Assembly (NCBI RefSeq): GCF_000195755.1 | Contig: NC_002937.3 | Coordinates: 780,001 to 812,000, forward strand | Length of the DNA: 32,000 nucleotides | From: Nitratidesulfovibrio vulgaris str. Hildenborough | Lineage (GTDB): Bacteria; Desulfobacterota; Desulfovibrionia; Desulfovibrionales; Desulfovibrionaceae | Reading direction: 5' to 3' | Shown: piece after piece, positions 26,523-32,000 of the stretch | Layout of the letters: each line of letters opens with the position of its first letter | How positions within the stretch are numbered: position 1 is the stretch's first letter | Notes under the pieces: model-generated | The model's database searches: none | What the model saw: only the letters and a program-made list of their open reading frames with translations | Told to the model about the DNA's origin: nothing | Translations under genes and position numbers: made by a program

Positions 26523-27929
26523 CTAAGCGCGGGGGCAGGCCCCCGAAGCGTTGTCCGCGTCGCTGCCGCAGGGCGCGTCCACGGAGGGAGCATCGGCCTC
26601 GAAGAAGGCACGTGTCTCGGCGATGATGACACCGGACAGGCCCAGAAGGCCGATGAGGTTGGGAATGGCCATGAGACCGTTCACGATGTCGGCCAGCACC
26701 CATATGAGTTCGAGATGGACGAAGGCCCCGGCTGCCACAAGACCGATGAAGACCAGCCGGTAGGGAAGGATGCCGCGCACCCCGAAGAGGTATTCGGTGC
26801 AGCGTTCGCCGTAGTAGTTCCAGCCGAGAATGGTGGTGAAGGCGAAGAGGATGAGCCCCAGCGTCGCAGCATACTGGCCGAGGGATGATTCGAGTCCTGC
26901 GGCGAACGCCGCGTTGGTCATGGCTGCCCCTGCCAGCTGCGGGTCGTTCCATACCCCGGTGACGACCAGCACGAGGCCGGTCATGGTGCAGATGACGATG
27001 GTGTCGAAGAACGTGCCCGTCATGGAGATGAGCCCCTGACGCACACACGATTTCGTGCGGGCCGCCGCCGCCGCGATGGGGGCGGAACCAAGGCCCGATT
27101 CGTTCGAGAATACGCCGCGTGCCACGCCCGCGCGCATGGCGGTGAGCACCGTCATGCCCGCTGCGCCCCCAAGGGCGGCCTGCGGGTTGAAGGCACTGTG
27201 CAGGATGACCATCACGGCATCGGGGATGCGGTCGAGATGCATGACCAGCACGGCGCACGAGGCGATGATGTAGAAGACCGCCATGAAGGGGACGACCTTT
27301 TCGGCCACGCGGGCGATGGAACGCAGACCGCCCAGTGTCACCAGCGCCACGGTGGTGGTGAGTACGACGGCGGTGGCAAGCGGCGGAATGCCAAGCGACA
27401 GCGAGGCGGCGTCCTTGATGGCGTTGACCTGTGCGAAGGTGCCGATGCCGAAGAAGGCGACGAGGATGCCGCACAGCGCGAAGGCGCGTGCCAGCATACG
27501 GCTGCCGAGACCCCGTTCAAGGTAGTACATGGGGCCGCCCGACATCTGGCCGTTGGCGTCGGTGACGCGATACTTCACGGCCAGAAGGCCTTCTGCGTAT
27601 TTGGTGGCCATACCGAAGAACGCGGCCACCCACATCCAGAAAAGGGCACCGGGGCCGCCAGCCGCCACGGCGGTGGCCACACCGACGATGTTGCCTGTGC
27701 CGATAGTGGCCGCCAGTGCGGTGCACAGCGCGGCGAACGACGACACGTCACCTTCCTCGTGGTGTTCGTCGTCACGACCGAAGACGTAGCGCAGGGCAAG
27801 CGGAAGCCTGACGACCTGAAGCAGGCCGAGGCGGATGGTAAGGTAGATGCCCGTACCCACCAGCAGGGCGAGTAGCGGGGGCCCCCAGACGAAGGCATTG
27901 ACGGATTCGAAAAGCTGAAGCGTGGTCAT
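26523..27929 (-). CDS. Alanine/glycine:cation symporter (AGCS family), 468 aa
   Basis: MTTLQLFESVNAFVWGPPLLALLVGTGIYLTIRLGLLQV..., FAALCTALAATIGTGNIVGVATAV..GGPGALFWMW..AFFGMATKYAE and SNESGLGSAPIAAAAA are hallmark AGCS motifs. It is preceded by a glycine riboswitch. Confidence 0.92.
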   Translation of the reverse strand: MTTLQLFESVNAFVWGPPLLALLVGTGIYLTIRLGLLQVVRLPLALRYVFGRDDEHHEEGDVSSFAALCTALAATIGTGNIVGVATAVAAGGPGALFWMWVAAFFGMATKYAEGLLAVKYRVTDANGQMSGGPMYYLERGLGSRMLARAFALCGILVAFFGIGTFAQVNAIKDAASLSLGIPPLATAVVLTTTVALVTLGGLRSIARVAEKVVPFMAVFYIIASCAVLVMHLDRIPDAVMVILHSAFNPQAALGGAAGMTVLTAMRAGVARGVFSNESGLGSAPIAAAAARTKSCVRQGLISMTGTFFDTIVICTMTGLVLVVTGVWNDPQLAGAAMTNAAFAAGLESSLGQYAATLGLILFAFTTILGWNYYGERCTEYLFGVRGILPYRLVFIGLVAAGAFVHLELIWVLADIVNGLMAIPNLIGLLGLSGVIIAETRAFFEADAPSVDAPCGSDADNASGACPRA

Positions 27930-28077
27930 GGTCCTACCGTGTCGTCTTGATGTCGACGGAGGATGACCCGCTACGGGCAGGAACTTCTGGAACGGGGAAA
28001 GGGAGGACAGGGGCGCGTCAAGACGCACCCGTGCGATGGGAAGCCGATATCCGGCATGCCGCATGGGGGCGGCCCTC

Positions 28078-28237
28078 CCTCTGTCCTTTTACCTGAGAGT
28101 TTCACCGCCACATGGGGCGGCTTGCTCCTTCGGTGCCCCTTGCGGGGTCTCTCCAGAGGCTCGTCGGACAGCAGTCCTTTCGCCTGAAAGATTTACTTCG
28201 TCGGCGCCTCCCTCTGGGGGAGGTCTCTCCTGCTGTC
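28078..28237 (-). promoter_or_regulatory. Tandem glycine riboswitch (two aptamers) in the 5' leader of the AGCS symporter gene
   Basis: Minus-strand RNA, aptamer 1: GACAGCAGGAGAGACCUCCCCCAGAGGGAGGCGCCGACGAAGUAAAUCUUUCAGGCGAAAGGACUGCUGUC, with P1 formed by GACAGCAG/CUGCUGUC. Aptamer 2: CCUCUGGAGAGACCCCGCAAGGGGCACCGAAGGAGCAAGCCGCCCCAUGUGGCGGUGAAACUCUCAGGUAAAAGGACAGAGG, with P1 formed by CCUCUG/CAGAGG. Both carry the conserved GGAGAG, (C/G)CCGA.GNAGNAA and CUCAGGNAAAAGGAC cores of the glycine riboswitch family. Confidence 0.88.
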
Positions 28238-28261
28238 GTCATCCGATTGTCGCAACGAAGC

Positions 28262-28290
28262 CCTTTAGCGCTTCAGCCCGCCGAAGGCAA
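28262..28290 (-). promoter_or_regulatory. Candidate sigma-70 promoter driving the riboswitch-symporter transcript
   Basis: The minus strand reads TTGCCT, then 17 nt, then TAAAGG, ending about 25 nt upstream of aptamer 1. It is a weak match, and the -35 overlaps the yyaL terminator-like hairpin. Confidence 0.25.
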
Positions 28291-28314
28291 GAGGGAAGGC
28301 GCAGCCCCTCTTGC
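28287..28314 (-). terminator. Terminator-like hairpin immediately after the DUF255/YyaL gene
   Basis: 9-bp stem gcaagaggg/ccctcttgc with a 10-nt loop, sitting 9 nt after the stop codon. There is no clear U-tract (CCUUCGG follows). Confidence 0.4.
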
Positions 28315-28322
28315 ATGAGGCG

Positions 28323-30470
28323 TCACAGGGGGCGTGCCCCGGCGAGTCGTTCGGCAAGGGCGGCAGGGTCCTGTATGGGGGCGGAGCAGGCGTTGTCCTG
28401 ACAGAGCCATGCCGTTGTCTTGCCGTCGATGGGGGCGAGGTGCGACGTGAACGGCGCGAGCATCGCCAGCCGTTCGGCCGTGTTCCCGTCCCGCAGGTGC
28501 ATGACCGTGTTGGGCGAGTATGAACGCCGTACGGCATCGAGCATGGCCTCGGTGTCGGGGGCCTGTGCCTCTCCGGCGATGATGACGAGTCGCCCCCCCG
28601 TGAGGGCGAAGTCCACCCCGCACAGGAACATGGCCGCCCCTAGCGGGTTGTGGCGCACTTGAGAGGCGAAGGCGCGGATGAGGCCATGCGCCTTCTCCTC
28701 GTACGAGGCGTCTCCCAGAAGCCGGGCAAGGCGCAGCAGATTGAGCAGTGCGGCTGCGTTCCCGGAAGGGAGGGCACCGTCGCGCGCCTCCTTGAGGCGC
28801 AAGGCGGCCGTGCGCGGGGCATCCGCCGGGGTATGCCAGTACCCGCCGTCGACCGGGTCGAGGAAACGGTCGTCTTGCGCGTGTTGCAGTCGTATGGCCT
28901 CCTCCAGCCACTGGGGCTGGTTGGTGGCGGTGTAGAGTTCGAGAAGGCCCCATATCACGAAGGCATAGTCGTCGAGAAAGCCCGGAGTGGAGCCCGTACC
29001 TTCGAAACGGCTGTGCAGCAGCCCGCCGTCCGGCGTGTGTTGCAGTGTCAGCACGGCATCGGCGAGGGATGCGGCGGCATCGGTCAGGTGGGGCGCGTCG
29101 AAGACATGCCCGCAACGCGCCAATGCCGCTATGGCAAGCCCGTTCCAGTCGGTGAGCAGTTTGTCGTCGCGGTGGGGGCGTCGACGGGTGGCGCGCAAGG
29201 AACGAAGCCCCGCGAGGATGTCGTCGTGCCGGAAGGCGAGTTCTTCGGCGTCGATGCCTAGGGTCGTGGCGGCATCATCGCCAAGAGGCAGATGGAGCAC
29301 GTTGTGCCCTTCGCGCCTGCCGGTGGACTCGTCGGCGATGTTGCCCTCGCCTGTGATGCCGAAAAGCCGCACGGCAAGGTCGGCGTTGTCTCCGGCGGCT
29401 TCACGTACTTCGTCGAAGGTGAAGGTGTAGAAGGCCCCTTCGCGTCGTTTCCCTTCCGGCGTGAGGCTGTCGGCGTCCTCTGCGGCGGCAAGTCCGCCAC
29501 CGGACAGGGCCATGTCGCGCAGGATGTAGTCTGCGGTGGCAAGTGCCGCCTCGCGCATGTCATCCTCGCGAGTGGCAAGCCACGTCTCGGCGGTCGCCAG
29601 CATGAACATGGCCTGATCATGGAGCATCTTCTCGAAGTGGGGAAGCAGCCACCGGGCGTCGGTGCTGTAGCGGTGGATGCCGCCGCCCAGTCTGTCCCAT
29701 AGTCCTCCCCGCAACATGCCGCGCAACGTGGCAAGGGCCATGTCCTGCGAACGTGAGTCGCCGGTGCGCCGCCCGTGGCGCAGCAGAAAGAGCAGCAGAT
29801 GCGGCGAAGGGAACTTGGGCGCGCCACCGAAACCGCCATGGGCGGTGTCGAAGTTTGCGACAAGGTCGTTGAAGGCGGCCCGAAGGGTCCCGGCGGCTGG
29901 GGTGCGCCCGTCGGGCGGCGACTGCAGGAGTTCCGCTGCCCTCTCGCGCATGGCCTTGGCGATGTCAGCGGCGGAGGCTTCGACATCGGCACGGCGTGTG
30001 GCGTAGATGTCCCGCACACGGGGGATGAGGTCGAGAAGTCCCGCCCTTCCCCCGCGTGACCGTTTGGGCAGGTATGTGGCGGCGAAGAAGGGCGTACCGT
30101 CCGGCAGGGCGAAGATGGTCAGCGGCCAGCCGCCCGTGCCCGTCAGCATCTGACAGGCGTTCATGTAGAGGGCGTCGATGTCGGGCCTCTCCTCACGGTC
30201 GACCTTCACGCATACGAAACCCTCGTTGAGGGCCTGTGAGACCTCTGCATCCTCGAAGGACTCATGGGCCATGACATGGCACCAGTGGCAGGTGGAATAA
30301 CCTACACTGACGAAGAGCGGGACATCACGTTCGCGGGCGAGGGCAAGTGCCGCCTCCCCCCATGGATGCCAGTCCACGGGGTTGTGGGCATGCTGGCGCA
30401 GGTAGGGGCTCGGGGCTGTGGCAAGACGATTGGGGCCGGTGGTCTGTAAGGGGGTCCGGGGGTCTGTCAT
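28323..30470 (-). CDS. Thioredoxin-domain protein of the DUF255 / YyaL (SPATA20-like) family, 715 aa
   Basis: [90 protein letters not shown] is the signature N-terminal thioredoxin-like region of this family. It is followed by a long alpha/alpha-toroid-like C-terminal region. GGGAGG RBS before the ATG at 30470. Confidence 0.9.
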   Translation of the reverse strand: MTDPRTPLQTTGPNRLATAPSPYLRQHAHNPVDWHPWGEAALALARERDVPLFVSVGYSTCHWCHVMAHESFEDAEVSQALNEGFVCVKVDREERPDIDALYMNACQMLTGTGGWPLTIFALPDGTPFFAATYLPKRSRGGRAGLLDLIPRVRDIYATRRADVEASAADIAKAMRERAAELLQSPPDGRTPAAGTLRAAFNDLVANFDTAHGGFGGAPKFPSPHLLLFLLRHGRRTGDSRSQDMALATLRGMLRGGLWDRLGGGIHRYSTDARWLLPHFEKMLHDQAMFMLATAETWLATREDDMREAALATADYILRDMALSGGGLAAAEDADSLTPEGKRREGAFYTFTFDEVREAAGDNADLAVRLFGITGEGNIADESTGRREGHNVLHLPLGDDAATTLGIDAEELAFRHDDILAGLRSLRATRRRPHRDDKLLTDWNGLAIAALARCGHVFDAPHLTDAAASLADAVLTLQHTPDGGLLHSRFEGTGSTPGFLDDYAFVIWGLLELYTATNQPQWLEEAIRLQHAQDDRFLDPVDGGYWHTPADAPRTAALRLKEARDGALPSGNAAALLNLLRLARLLGDASYEEKAHGLIRAFASQVRHNPLGAAMFLCGVDFALTGGRLVIIAGEAQAPDTEAMLDAVRRSYSPNTVMHLRDGNTAERLAMLAPFTSHLAPIDGKTTAWLCQDNACSAPIQDPAALAERLAGARPL

Positions 30471-30886
30471 GGGGCCTCCCGTTGTGTCTGTGTGTGCGTC
30501 TTGAGGGTGCCGCGCGTGTGCAATGGATGTGCGACTTTGCAACACCATAAGCATTACCGGGCGTTCCGTCACGTGCCGTATGCACCGGCGGCCATGATAT
30601 GCAAAAATGGCCTGACAGGGGTTGGCTGCCGGGCGCACCGTTTCGCACGTGTCGGGCAGAAGGTAGACACTGGAGACTGGCTACGTGATACGGAGGCTTG
30701 GTGACGGGGGGATGCAACACGAGGGGGCAGCGTCGCCCGCATGGGGGTGGCAGGCCCGCAGCAGGGAGGATGTCATGCCCGCACCGGATGTGTGTGGTCG
30801 CATTCCGTGAGGCGTGCGTTTTCATGTCTAGCGGCAGGCACGCTGCCGCGAAAGGCGATAGCCGACAGACGGGGGCGTGACGATGA

Positions 30887-30908
30887 AGGGCGGCCCTGTG
30901 GCCGCCCT
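30887..30908 (-). terminator. Terminator-like hairpin downstream of tgt
   Basis: 9-bp GC stem agggcggcc/ggccgccct with a 4-nt loop, about 30 nt after the tgt stop. The U-tract is weak. Confidence 0.45.
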
Positions 30909-30937
30909 CTCGCGTGTCCTGTGACGTTCTTCGCCTG

Positions 30938-32000
<1,063 letters not shown>

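Noticed and set aside
30471-30937. 467-bp gap between tgt and yyaL containing a 60-aa plus-strand ORF (30698-30880)
   Set aside because: The ORF translation is Gly/Arg/Cys-rich with no RBS. The gap most simply holds the tgt terminator hairpin and the yyaL promoter, and I saw no convincing motif.

Overview
High-GC (roughly 63-65%) chromosomal segment that looks Desulfovibrio-like. That guess rests on composition, a tetraheme c-type cytochrome, and the TRAP/Liv transporter content. It is inference, not a database match.

Most of the window is ordinary core metabolism and transport:
- malate synthase G 3' end
- a small tetraheme cytochrome c
- lepA-lepB
- a dctPQM TRAP transporter
- comM/yifB
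- one orphan ORF
- a livKHMGF branched-chain amino acid ABC operon
- purT
- an alanine/glycine:cation symporter preceded by a tandem glycine riboswitch
- a DUF255/YyaL thioredoxin-domain protein
- tgt, which runs off the 3' edge of the window

The accessory and interesting part is 16.4-25.0 kb. A roughly 925-aa CHASE4-HAMP-PAS-GGDEF-EAL c-di-GMP gene is split by an intact 1311-bp IS3-family (IS2-like) insertion sequence with a 5-bp CCCCC target duplication. Removing the IS plus one repeat copy restores a single in-frame ORF. That gene sits divergently from a sensor histidine kinase and a REC-HD-GYP response regulator pair.

The other region I cannot explain is a roughly 980-bp ORF-poor, visibly lower-GC, hairpin-rich spacer at 7943-8924, between dctP and comM.

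I did not find CRISPR arrays, tRNA/rRNA genes, or a clear multi-gene defence or secretion system. No claim here comes from a database search.
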